This document shows positions 21,389-30,066 of a stretch of 64,000 bases of DNA, in pieces. The DNA lies in NCBI GenBank assembly GCA_048884785.1, contig JBHLQM010000001.1, positions 93,743-157,742 of the forward strand, given 5' to 3'. The DNA comes from Candidatus Thorarchaeota archaeon. GTDB lineage: Archaea > Asgardarchaeota > Thorarchaeia > Thorarchaeales > Thorarchaeaceae. The notes under the pieces are model-generated. The model saw nothing but the letters and a program-made list of their open reading frames with translations, searched no databases and was not told where the DNA came from. Position numbers and translations under genes: made by a program. Each line of letters begins with the position of its first letter. The first letter of the stretch is position 1.

Positions 21389-23101
21389 TCATGTTTCAAT
21401 AGACTTTTCGATCTCTTTCCCCAGTTCAAGTGCCTCTTTGCCCCCTGAGATTTCTAGAAACACTGGGGATTCAGGTGAACTGCCAGTAACATAAACAACA
21501 AGAGTGACACCGTCAGTTCTGGCAACTTTTCTTTTTGGAGGTCTAAGAGTTTCTTTCAGAATGCCGGTCATTCGTGGAATCTTCAGACTGATAGTTGTCC
21601 AAAGTTCCTGCCATTTTTCGAATGTCAATGAGTATTGGGATAGTGTAAGACGATGCAAATCATCCATGATCTTCCCGAGCAGCATACTTCTATTTGGAAA
21701 ATCGGGAGAATCCAAGAGCTCCTTCTGAAGAGAGAGAAGGTCATTCACATTCTGCGACTCTGCTGCCTTATCGATACTCTTTACTATCTTGGCATATGCC
21801 GGGGTTTTTAGTTCCTTGGCTAGCTGGATATAGTCAAGGCGTACAAGCAGGTCGCTCTTGGCCATCTCACTCAACTCTTCTAATACAGTCTTATCCGAGT
21901 CTCCACTCTTTAGTTGGGCCATTAGCTTGATTGCTGGCTCTCTTTGAGTGAACCGAGTTGACGCAAGCTCAACAAGATGTTTTGTGAATTCAAAAGAATT
22001 CCCGAAGAAAGGAGATTTCTCAATGTACTCAGGTACATATCTAGTTCTGTGCCAAAAGACAAGTGGAGCAAGGGATTTCACAATCTCAATGCCAACCTCA
22101 TTTGAACCTACGAGCCAAGAAGCTGCCTTGCAATATCGATTCAAATCCTTCGCGGCTCGAACGCTTAATGGTATGATTACCTTATTGCACACACTTTTTG
22201 CAGTATTGAAATGACACCCATCGCAGAGACCTGATTCAACAGTCAATGTATGAGACTGACTCTTATCTGCCCGAATACAACCTCCGAACTCGCGAATAAG
22301 AGACCGCATGAATACAGATGCCTCAGGAGAAACTGAAATCTTGTCAGCTAGATTCCAAAGAGTGAGTAAGTCCTGTTCAGAAGTTATGGCCGGCACTTGC
22401 CACAATTCATCATACCCAAATAATCTCTCATCACGAGATGCAAGAATAATTTCAAGATCATCTATCGTTGGCATCGTGATTGGTACGGCAAGTCCAAACC
22501 TATCAAGAAATGGCGCTGCAAGGTCAAAGGTCCCACTGTCAGTGGGATTCATTGTTGCATATAGGCAATAATCGTCGCAGTGCTTAACTTCATCATAATA
22601 CTTTAGCTCTCCTTCTGCCAGCATCGATAGGAGTATGTTCTGTGCGTGTGGTGTGAGCCTGTTTACTTCATCTATAATCTTCCAGAAGTTAGTCACGAAA
22701 CGCCTCCATACCACAACTTCGACACCATCTTTCATTAGAGGACCAGGACGAAGCGTTGCTACCATTTTTTCTTCTGTTAGTTGCGGATGCCCACGCAGCA
22801 TTCCATCATCGATTTCATCCAAAGACTTCCCAGTTAGCATACGTCCAAGTAGTTTTATGAGCGTGGTCTTGCCACCGCCATGTCCGCCAACCAGAAGCAT
22901 CGCGGAGCGTGGCACAAGAGAATTCAGGACACATGCTCCCGCAATCAAAGGCAATCTGGTCGTACTAACACGGGAGCTACTGCGTGCCGCGGATTTGTAC
23001 CGGATAGGAAGCTCTTCGGAATGAACGAAAAGACCCCTGCTTTCAATAGTGGTAATGACGCTCCATATCCGTTCTCTGAGGACAGTACTTGACTCTGTCA
23101 T
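21389..23101 (-). CDS. MoxR-family AAA+ ATPase
   Basis: GGHGGGKT, IIDEVNR, ATMNP, FLDRF; lies upstream of the VWA gene. Confidence 0.85.
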   Translation of the reverse strand: MTESSTVLRERIWSVITTIESRGLFVHSEELPIRYKSAARSSSRVSTTRLPLIAGACVLNSLVPRSAMLLVGGHGGGKTTLIKLLGRMLTGKSLDEIDDGMLRGHPQLTEEKMVATLRPGPLMKDGVEVVVWRRFVTNFWKIIDEVNRLTPHAQNILLSMLAEGELKYYDEVKHCDDYCLYATMNPTDSGTFDLAAPFLDRFGLAVPITMPTIDDLEIILASRDERLFGYDELWQVPAITSEQDLLTLWNLADKISVSPEASVFMRSLIREFGGCIRADKSQSHTLTVESGLCDGCHFNTAKSVCNKVIIPLSVRAAKDLNRYCKAASWLVGSNEVGIEIVKSLAPLVFWHRTRYVPEYIEKSPFFGNSFEFTKHLVELASTRFTQREPAIKLMAQLKSGDSDKTVLEELSEMAKSDLLVRLDYIQLAKELKTPAYAKIVKSIDKAAESQNVNDLLSLQKELLDSPDFPNRSMLLGKIMDDLHRLTLSQYSLTFEKWQELWTTISLKIPRMTGILKETLRPPKRKVARTDGVTLVVYVTGSSPESPVFLEISGGKEALELGKEIEKSIET

Positions 23102-23272
23102 AGGCTCTCACATCAGCCAGACCAACCACTGCAAGAGTGCTTATGGTTACATCGGTAGGCGCGCGAATTGCTTTCAAATGTCACCATTTGGAAGGGCGCG
23201 GAAGAAAGACACTCTCCGAAGGGGTAATATGGTTTCATTCAGGGGTCATCATGATATATAGAGGGGTATATT

Positions 23273-24343
23273 TTGAGCCGCGACGAACCTCTAGCCGAAG
23301 TAGTGATTCTGACAGAACCCGAGGATCTATCCGTAGATAGATTTAGTCAGACCTCCGTAGTTGAAAAAGCAAAGCTCTTTCATTCAGTTCTATCACGATT
23401 CACCAGTTTTAGAGATTCACTTCAAAAGAAAGGGCTTCTATTTGGAGGCAGAATTCTACTGATTGGTCCATCGGGAACAGACTTCGAAGCTTTTGCTCAT
23501 CATCTTTCATTAGAGGTCCCGATGAAAGTTGTGAGATTGCGTCTTTCAGCAGCAATCGGGGATGCCACCAAAATCGCCAATTCGATACGAACTGCATATG
23601 AATTTGCGAAACGAAATGCACCGGCAGTTCTGTTTCTTGAGAAAATTGATGCTCTTGGGCAAGCTGGAACAAGTTATGCTACAGTTTTGCACAGCGTGCT
23701 ATCTGAGTCTTCTTGGGACAACAACGAGATCATAATTCTGGGATCAACTTCCAATCCAGATGCAATGGAGCCGGATCTATTAGCAGTTTTCGACCGAGTC
23801 TATATAGTTCCATTGCCAAAATTAGATGAGAGGGTAAGAGTGTTTGAAGCACTCCTTGATGGGAGAAAAGACATCGATCCAGCGATCGTAGGAGAACTCA
23901 CCGAAGGGTGGGGGTTTAGCGATTTGAAGCATCTGGCTGTGAATCTCATGACAGACGTACCAATATCCACAGATTCTATCCCACGAGTCAAGTTAGAGCA
24001 ACTCCTGGAGAATATCGGAGCCGAAGGACTAGGGAGATATGAAACTCGAGCACGTATTTCGCGAATAGCCCGAGGAAGCTTCATCCCCGAATATGAATTC
24101 ACCCAATCAGGATATCCAGAGGAATTCCTTGATCAGCTCTATTTGATGGCAGTTGGAGATGATTTTCAAGGTACTCAAAGAATCATTGAAGCATTGAATA
24201 ATAATATGCCCCTTACCCAGCAGGATAGAGATTTCTTGAGTAATTATCCGTTCATATTGACTGGCACACCTGAAGATCGCTTGACCAGGTTGATGAAAGC
24301 CAAACGAACAAATGATAGATTAAGCCGAATCATGGGAAGGTAG
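23273..24343 (+). CDS. Degenerate classical AAA+ domain protein
   Basis: ILLIGPSGTDFE (no GKT), PAVLFLEKIDAL, TSNPDAMEPDL..FDR, TEGWGFSDL. Confidence 0.75.
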   Translation: MSRDEPLAEVVILTEPEDLSVDRFSQTSVVEKAKLFHSVLSRFTSFRDSLQKKGLLFGGRILLIGPSGTDFEAFAHHLSLEVPMKVVRLRLSAAIGDATKIANSIRTAYEFAKRNAPAVLFLEKIDALGQAGTSYATVLHSVLSESSWDNNEIIILGSTSNPDAMEPDLLAVFDRVYIVPLPKLDERVRVFEALLDGRKDIDPAIVGELTEGWGFSDLKHLAVNLMTDVPISTDSIPRVKLEQLLENIGAEGLGRYETRARISRIARGSFIPEYEFTQSGYPEEFLDQLYLMAVGDDFQGTQRIIEALNNNMPLTQQDRDFLSNYPFILTGTPEDRLTRLMKAKRTNDRLSRIMGR

Positions 24344-24347
24344 ACTC

Positions 24348-27300
24348 TTGAGGAAATTTGATACCTACATCGAGTCTGTGAGACTACGGAACTTTCTCTC
24401 CTTTTATGAAGGAGTGGTGGAGTTTGATCCAGGCCTTACAGTAATAGTGGGTCCAAATGGGTCAGGAAAGACATCCATATTTCATGCAATAAAGTTCGCA
24501 CTAGGTTCAAACCAAAGAGAGAATCGTTATTCTAAATGGAGTGATTTCATACGTCATGGTGCAAGCTCTGCTGAAGTTGAAGTTGTGGCTCGGGTAAATG
24601 GGCAAACGAGAAAATTTCAGAGAAGAATTACGAAGGATGGAATTCCTCGCGCATATATTGATGACAAAAGGGTCAAAGCAGCTGAACACCAGGGCCTTGT
24701 AAACAGCCTTGGTTTTGACATGGATAATCCCTTGGTCTTTATGCCTCAAGAGAGAATCAATGCCCTACGTGACATGGATCCCGTGGAGGTTAGGAAACTA
24801 GTTGAAGAAGGGACTGGATTAAGTGTACTCCGAGATAGGATTCAGCTCGAAGAAGTAAAAGTTCAATTTAGCCGTGAGAGATTGGAGTCTGCGACAAATG
24901 AGGCAAGAATTGTAGAACGAGAAATTGAACTTCTAAAAAGCGATATCGAACGGCTTGAGAGAAAGAGAGAACTTCTGAAAAAAGAGCAAACAATTGACAC
25001 AGAAGTCAAATGGGCTTCAATGGATGACTTGCATACAAAGATTGAGGCCACAAAGAAAGAAATCGAAGAGAAGGAACTAGGTCTTGGAGAAGTCTTGGAA
25101 GAAACCTCCAAAATTGAAACTGCAATATCTAAGGAAGAAAACAAGTCAACTATCCTGAATGAAGAAGCATCAGCAATTCAACGCGAATTGGGGTCAATTT
25201 CTGCGAGGATAGATGAGGAGGAACGACGACTCTCTAAGATAGAATCAGAAACCAAAAAGACCCTTGATGAGATTAAGGAATTGGAAAACCGAGTAAAAGC
25301 AGACAAACGTAAGATGGACAAGGCAAAGGAGGATTTGCGAAGAATCAGTGTGGCAAAAGAACACATGTTGGACAAGCAAAAGGAAGCAACCACAGAGCTA
25401 GATTCAATTGATGAAGAGCGAATCCGAATCGAGAATGAACTTGCGGCCTTTGCTGACTGGAATTCGAGAAGGTCCGAAGCACTAGCGACCTATAGAGCGC
25501 TTCAATCGGATTTGAAAGGAAAGGATCTACTTCTAAGAAGTCTTCAAGAAAAGCTTCAGAACGATGAAGCCGAGCTTCAGGCAATTGAGAGTAAATGGGG
25601 ACATATGTGGACTGCTCTTGAAGAAACTGATGAAAAGGAATTACTCAATAGAAAGTCACAATTGGAGAGAGAGATCGCCAATCTGAATGAAAACAGGTTC
25701 AAGTACGTGACCCAGGCTTCCCAATTGCAGAAAGAAATCGATGACATAAAAATACGAATTGCAGAAAGCTCCAAAAGAATGCCAGATGTTGTTCTGAGTC
25801 TCTCTGAAGCCGTGAAGGAGCATGGATTAGGGAGTATTACCGGACCGCTTGTAAGTATACTGACATCAAAGGATGAATATGCATCAGCTCTTGAGGCAAT
25901 AATCCCGGGAGATATGGCTTTTGCCTTCCTTGTTGAAGACGAAGCAGAGTTCACACTTCTCTGCAAACTCAGAGATCAACTTGAGGCCCCATCGCCGGTT
26001 ATCCTCTTGAAGGACCTTGATGATGTTAATGTTGCCGCAGAGCTACCATCGTGGAAGGGTATTATTGGTTTCTTGTGGGACCTTTTGGGTTTGGATCCTC
26101 AATATGTCAAAAAAATGAGAGCAGCTTTTGGAGAGTATGTTGTAACAAGCGAGGGAAAAACAGCAACAAGAACTGCGGAAAAGGCTCAATTGAATGCTGT
26201 TTCACTGGAAGGCCAGCATGTGGAACCATCTTCAAAGAGAATCATTAGCCATCCTAAGAGAGGACCTAGTGGAGTTATTACGACTGCACCTTTGCAGACA
26301 AGATTAGGTATTGCAGAGTCGGAACTGCAAATCTCCAGAAATCAAGTTACAGATGTTATGTCAAAGATTGACAAGGCCTCTCAAGAAAGAGACACGATAA
26401 TGGATCTTCTAAGTCAGGTAACAAGATGGAGTGGGACATGGGAGCGACGCAAGAAACTGCGTGAGATCATTCCGGACCAAGAAGAAAGAATTGTATCCAT
26501 AGACGACGAGATAAAGGATATTCAGCAAAAGGTTGGAAAAGCGGAGAGAGAGCTTAAACGGCTGGACACTACTCAACCTCCTGAGAGAAGTCGCCTTATT
26601 GGACAGCAGTCTGCTATCAGAATGAAATATCGAAGTGTGAGGACCAATCTCTCCCAGATTGAAGCTAATCTGCAGACTACAGAACGCGATGAAGCCACAA
26701 AACGACAAGAATTGAAGGGACTTAATGAGAGTGTTACAATGCTCTCCGAAAGAGTTGAGGAATTGCGAAATGAGATTTCTTCTTCAAAGACAGAAGGGAG
26801 TAATATAGTTGAAACAATAGAGACCCTTAGGATAGGGTTTGAAGAAACACAAATGAAGTACAATGAACTGAAAGCCCAATACACAGAAGTGAGAGGGACT
26901 ATCAGAGAACTCAGCGAGCATCTGCTTGAACTTAATTTGCAAGTGAAGAGTAGCAGAATTCAAGTATTACAATCCAAAAGACATCTGGATGCATTTCAAA
27001 ATGAGCTGGATGCTATTAAGACAGCACTGAAGAACAAGAAGCGACCGGATGTGGTAAGACCGGTCGAAATTGTAAGAGACGACCTATTGCGCGTGAGGCA
27101 TCAATTAGAGGAGTACAGGGATGTTTCTGAAACTGTTGCACATACTGAGAGTCAACTGAAGACTCAGCTGTCAGAACTTACTAGCAAAATACAAGGAATC
27201 AAAGAGGAACTTGATGAAGCAGAAGAAACTGTGAAAGATATTAGAAAACAGTACCATGAGGGGATGAACGAGGTTCTTAGCAAAATTGAGGGAGAGATAA

Positions 27301-27719
27301 ACAATATTCTGGGCACCGTACGTTTTGTGGGTGAGATTCGATTCAGTCTTAATACTAGTAACCAAGTATATGGAGTGGAATTTAAAACAAGAATAAAGGG
27401 GGAGGACTTTGGAGAACTGCGAGCAGGTTCAGGAGGTGAACGCTCGCTCATCGCGATAGGACTAATATTGGCTCTTCAAAGGTTTAATCCTGCGCCAGTC
27501 TATGCAATGGATGAGATAGATACCTTTCTAGATGCAACAAATACGGAAATGGTCAGTAGATTGCTCTATGATTCTTCTCGAAGAAGTCAGTTCATTCTAT
27601 TTACACCTGCCAAGAGTACTCATCTCTTGCGTCACGCTGACAAGCGACTAGGAGTTGTTTCTCCAAGCGGCAAGGAACCCTCAGTCGTGATTGAGAGCCC
27701 GCAGTTCGCGAATCAATGA
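24348..27719 (+). CDS. smc: SMC-family ATPase, Smc5/6-like
   Basis: GPNGSGKT, FMPQ, two long coiled coils around a hinge, GSGGERS, AMDEID, QFILFTP. Confidence 0.92.
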   Translation: MRKFDTYIESVRLRNFLSFYEGVVEFDPGLTVIVGPNGSGKTSIFHAIKFALGSNQRENRYSKWSDFIRHGASSAEVEVVARVNGQTRKFQRRITKDGIPRAYIDDKRVKAAEHQGLVNSLGFDMDNPLVFMPQERINALRDMDPVEVRKLVEEGTGLSVLRDRIQLEEVKVQFSRERLESATNEARIVEREIELLKSDIERLERKRELLKKEQTIDTEVKWASMDDLHTKIEATKKEIEEKELGLGEVLEETSKIETAISKEENKSTILNEEASAIQRELGSISARIDEEERRLSKIESETKKTLDEIKELENRVKADKRKMDKAKEDLRRISVAKEHMLDKQKEATTELDSIDEERIRIENELAAFADWNSRRSEALATYRALQSDLKGKDLLLRSLQEKLQNDEAELQAIESKWGHMWTALEETDEKELLNRKSQLEREIANLNENRFKYVTQASQLQKEIDDIKIRIAESSKRMPDVVLSLSEAVKEHGLGSITGPLVSILTSKDEYASALEAIIPGDMAFAFLVEDEAEFTLLCKLRDQLEAPSPVILLKDLDDVNVAAELPSWKGIIGFLWDLLGLDPQYVKKMRAAFGEYVVTSEGKTATRTAEKAQLNAVSLEGQHVEPSSKRIISHPKRGPSGVITTAPLQTRLGIAESELQISRNQVTDVMSKIDKASQERDTIMDLLSQVTRWSGTWERRKKLREIIPDQEERIVSIDDEIKDIQQKVGKAERELKRLDTTQPPERSRLIGQQSAIRMKYRSVRTNLSQIEANLQTTERDEATKRQELKGLNESVTMLSERVEELRNEISSSKTEGSNIVETIETLRIGFEETQMKYNELKAQYTEVRGTIRELSEHLLELNLQVKSSRIQVLQSKRHLDAFQNELDAIKTALKNKKRPDVVRPVEIVRDDLLRVRHQLEEYRDVSETVAHTESQLKTQLSELTSKIQGIKEELDEAEETVKDIRKQYHEGMNEVLSKIEGEINNILGTVRFVGEIRFSLNTSNQVYGVEFKTRIKGEDFGELRAGSGGERSLIAIGLILALQRFNPAPVYAMDEIDTFLDATNTEMVSRLLYDSSRRSQFILFTPAKSTHLLRHADKRLGVVSPSGKEPSVVIESPQFANQ

Positions 27720-27728
27720 GGGAGAGTC

Positions 27729-28367
27729 ATGGCTGCATCAAAGAAGCTTCTGTCACAGGTCCAAAAGATTGTTGACGCGCTGGATGAAGGGAAACTGGAT
27801 CCTCTGGATATTCATCTTCTCGAAGCGTATAGAGAGCTAAGAGATATTGCGGCAGAAGTTGGTCCTAAGTTGGATATCGATGAGATGCTCAATGAGATTC
27901 TTGGAGCGAAAATCACCAAGATTCAGGAGCTAGCAAAAGTCCTCGCGGCTCCGGAACTCTATGTGAACAAGCTCAAAGAAATCAAACCGAGGGAACTCGG
28001 CAAATTAATAGTCTATAAACAGCCCATGATTTTGAATAGTCTGAAACATGAGGAACTAACAAGTGCCTTTGAAAGAATTGCCCAGCATATTGATGCGCTT
28101 ACTCGAGAGGCAATAGAAGATCCAGTTCCTGTAATTACAGGTGTTCCTGATGATTATCGATTTGCGACGCAGGATTCGGTATTTCTTGCTGACCTGGAGA
28201 AGTTCTCAAAACAAATACCCAAGAACAAAAGGGTGTTGATACAGAAACTTATTGATTCTGAGGACTTTGATGAATTCCTGATGAAGTTTCTCTATGTCGT
28301 GGTGCTCATTTCACGAGGGGAGCTGGAGTATTTTCCTGAAACAAGAGAAGTATTGAAGACGAGATGA
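27729..28367 (+). CDS. Kleisin (ScpA/Nse4-like)
   Basis: LDPLDIHL resembles ScpA IDPWDIDI; C-terminal wHTH-like FL..V.LI.RG.L; 9 nt after smc. Confidence 0.7.
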   Translation: MAASKKLLSQVQKIVDALDEGKLDPLDIHLLEAYRELRDIAAEVGPKLDIDEMLNEILGAKITKIQELAKVLAAPELYVNKLKEIKPRELGKLIVYKQPMILNSLKHEELTSAFERIAQHIDALTREAIEDPVPVITGVPDDYRFATQDSVFLADLEKFSKQIPKNKRVLIQKLIDSEDFDEFLMKFLYVVVLISRGELEYFPETREVLKTR

Positions 28368-28378
28368 TAATAAAAGGA

Positions 28379-28413
28379 GGGGATGTTACCATGCTTTGTT
28401 CGGTAACATCCCC
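28379..28413. terminator. Bidirectional terminator-like hairpin between the convergent kleisin and MFS genes
   Basis: GGGGATGTTACC-N11-GGTAACATCCCC, 12-bp stem. Confidence 0.65.
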
Positions 28414-28424
28414 GAAGCAATCCC

Positions 28425-29786
28425 CTAGTTCTCAATCAGGGACGGCTCTGAAACTGCGACTTCTTGGCTTCTAGCAACAATTTGATTGTTCGAAGTCGTA
28501 GCGTTCAGCATGAAAATCAAACATTGATTAAGTTGTGCTTCTCGGAGATAGAGTAATGCTAGTAGAGACACGACTAGAAAAGCAAATCCAGCAGCAAAGA
28601 GGGGTATCACTGTTGATCCTACCGCCTCTGCCCAAACCCCGCCAAGTGCCATTCCTATTATTTGGAATGACGTGAATACAACACTCAACAGCGAAAAGAC
28701 TCTACCTCTCATCTTGTCTTCAACCAGTTTTTGCATGAGTGTACTAAGTGGTATGTTAAGCATTACATCAACCGATGCAATAAGCATCCAGGATAAAACA
28801 ACTGTAACAAATCCATCTGCAAGGGAGAAACCAAGAACAGAGGCACCTGCCACAGCCCCAGCAAAAGCGATCAATGCTAATGGATTCCTAAGTTCAGACT
28901 TCTTGCCAAGAATTAGAGCAGTTACAATACCTATTCCTGCACCAAAGCTCATCATAAGCCCTATTTCGAGTTCGCTTAGACTTAGCCAACCTTGAGCATG
29001 TGGAATAATTAGAGCATTTAGGACTCCAGAAGATACAGCCAAAAGAATTGCGAAAACAAAAACAAAGCTTAGCACAGCGTTGCCTGCAACCAAACGCCCA
29101 CCTGCAGCAATTTGCTGTTTCATGGACTCTCCTTCTTGATGCGAAGACTTAGGGGTCAAATCCGCAGAGATTCCTTTCAGGGCAATGGCGGAAATTACAA
29201 AGGTCATTGCATTAATTGCGAAGGCGAGGAAATAGTCAGGTGCTAAAAGGGCAATTAGGATGCCACCTACAGGTGGTATAGTGAGTTGCACCACTTGATA
29301 GGTCATTTGAGATAGAGAATTTGCTGTCACAAGTTCCTCGCCTTCGACTAGATTGGGCAATGATGCATTTCTTGCAGGATAGAACCAAGCATCAGCGGAA
29401 GCATAGAGGAATGTCAGAATGTAGACCCAATATATGATGGGAATATCACCAGGGAAATAGATGGAAAGCGGAATGAGTAGTATGAGAATTGTCCGTGTGA
29501 CATCAGAGGCCACCATTATCGTCCTTCGATTCCATCTATCAACATAAACTCCGATGAATCCGGAAAGTAAAACCACTGGGGCTACTCTAATCATTGCAAG
29601 AATGGCCATTGCCAGTGCTGATTGGGTTAGATAATAAACAAAGAATAGTAACGCAAGCGAGCTAATGGCCGTACCAATGTTTGATACAAGTTGGCCGATC
29701 CAGAGCCGGAGATAGTCAGTGCGATGAAGGATTGTTGAGAAACCGGGCTTTGTAGACCCACTTTCATCAACAGAAGTAAGAGTCAG
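28425..29786 (-). CDS. MFS efflux transporter (DHA3/Mef-like), probable CTG start
   Basis: Encoded on the minus strand although the track labels it +. The frame extends 59 codons upstream of ATG 29609 and includes YLRLWIGQLVSNIG (TM1). Motifs GVYVDRWNRR and MRGRVFS; GGAGGT lies 7 nt before CTG 29786. Confidence 0.85.
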   Translation of the reverse strand: MTLTSVDESGSTKPGFSTILHRTDYLRLWIGQLVSNIGTAISSLALLFFVYYLTQSALAMAILAMIRVAPVVLLSGFIGVYVDRWNRRTIMVASDVTRTILILLIPLSIYFPGDIPIIYWVYILTFLYASADAWFYPARNASLPNLVEGEELVTANSLSQMTYQVVQLTIPPVGGILIALLAPDYFLAFAINAMTFVISAIALKGISADLTPKSSHQEGESMKQQIAAGGRLVAGNAVLSFVFVFAILLAVSSGVLNALIIPHAQGWLSLSELEIGLMMSFGAGIGIVTALILGKKSELRNPLALIAFAGAVAGASVLGFSLADGFVTVVLSWMLIASVDVMLNIPLSTLMQKLVEDKMRGRVFSLLSVVFTSFQIIGMALGGVWAEAVGSTVIPLFAAGFAFLVVSLLALLYLREAQLNQCLIFMLNATTSNNQIVARSQEVAVSEPSLIEN

Positions 29787-29791
29787 AGAGT

Positions 29792-29881
29792 TTACCTCCT
29801 AAGATATGCATATGCGATTGCATCGGTTGATATCTTAGGTCTGATGGTATTCCGTGAATGGGTGTTCTTGGAAAGAGCCAT
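29792..29881 (-). CDS. Small peptide 2, MALSKNTHSRNTIRPKISTDAIAYAYLRR (29 aa)
   Basis: ATG with a GAGGT SD embedded in the previous ORF's end; paralogous to peptide 1; its own end supplies the MFS SD. Confidence 0.65.
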   Translation of the reverse strand: MALSKNTHSRNTIRPKISTDAIAYAYLRR

Positions 29882-29887
29882 TTCCAA

Positions 29888-29989
29888 TTACCTCACAACA
29901 GTTGCGTAGGCGTAGCCTACAGCCTTGGTCGAAGCGACCTGTCTGTTCTTCTTCACGAGTTCAGTTCGGGTATTAGTTGCTAGAGCCAT
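29888..29989 (-). CDS. Small peptide 1, MALATNTRTELVKKNRQVASTKAVGYAYATVVR (33 aa)
   Basis: ATG about 32 nt downstream of a TATA box; paralogous to peptide 2. Confidence 0.65.
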   Translation of the reverse strand: MALATNTRTELVKKNRQVASTKAVGYAYATVVR

Positions 29990-29996
29990 GATATTT

Positions 29997-30066
29997 CACA
30001 AGTCTATGGTACCAGATTTGGTATATATACCGAAGCCACAAGTTGGGGTCACAGAAAAGAGTCACA
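29997..30066 (-). promoter_or_regulatory. Promoter of the peptide-peptide-MFS unit
   Basis: Palindromic GGTATATATACC (30020-30031) flanked by CACAAGT direct repeats (29997, 30037), with GTCACA at 30048 and 30061. Confidence 0.5.

Noticed and set aside
23273-28367. Canonical Wadjet (JetABCD) defence system
   Set aside because: No Toprim JetD nuclease is present, the kleisin is short and ScpA-like, and the gene order differs.
28425-29609. ORF track entry giving the 394-aa MFS protein on the + strand
   Set aside because: The translation matches the reverse complement (CAT at 29607-29609, CTA at 28425-28427), so the gene is on the minus strand and extends to 29786.
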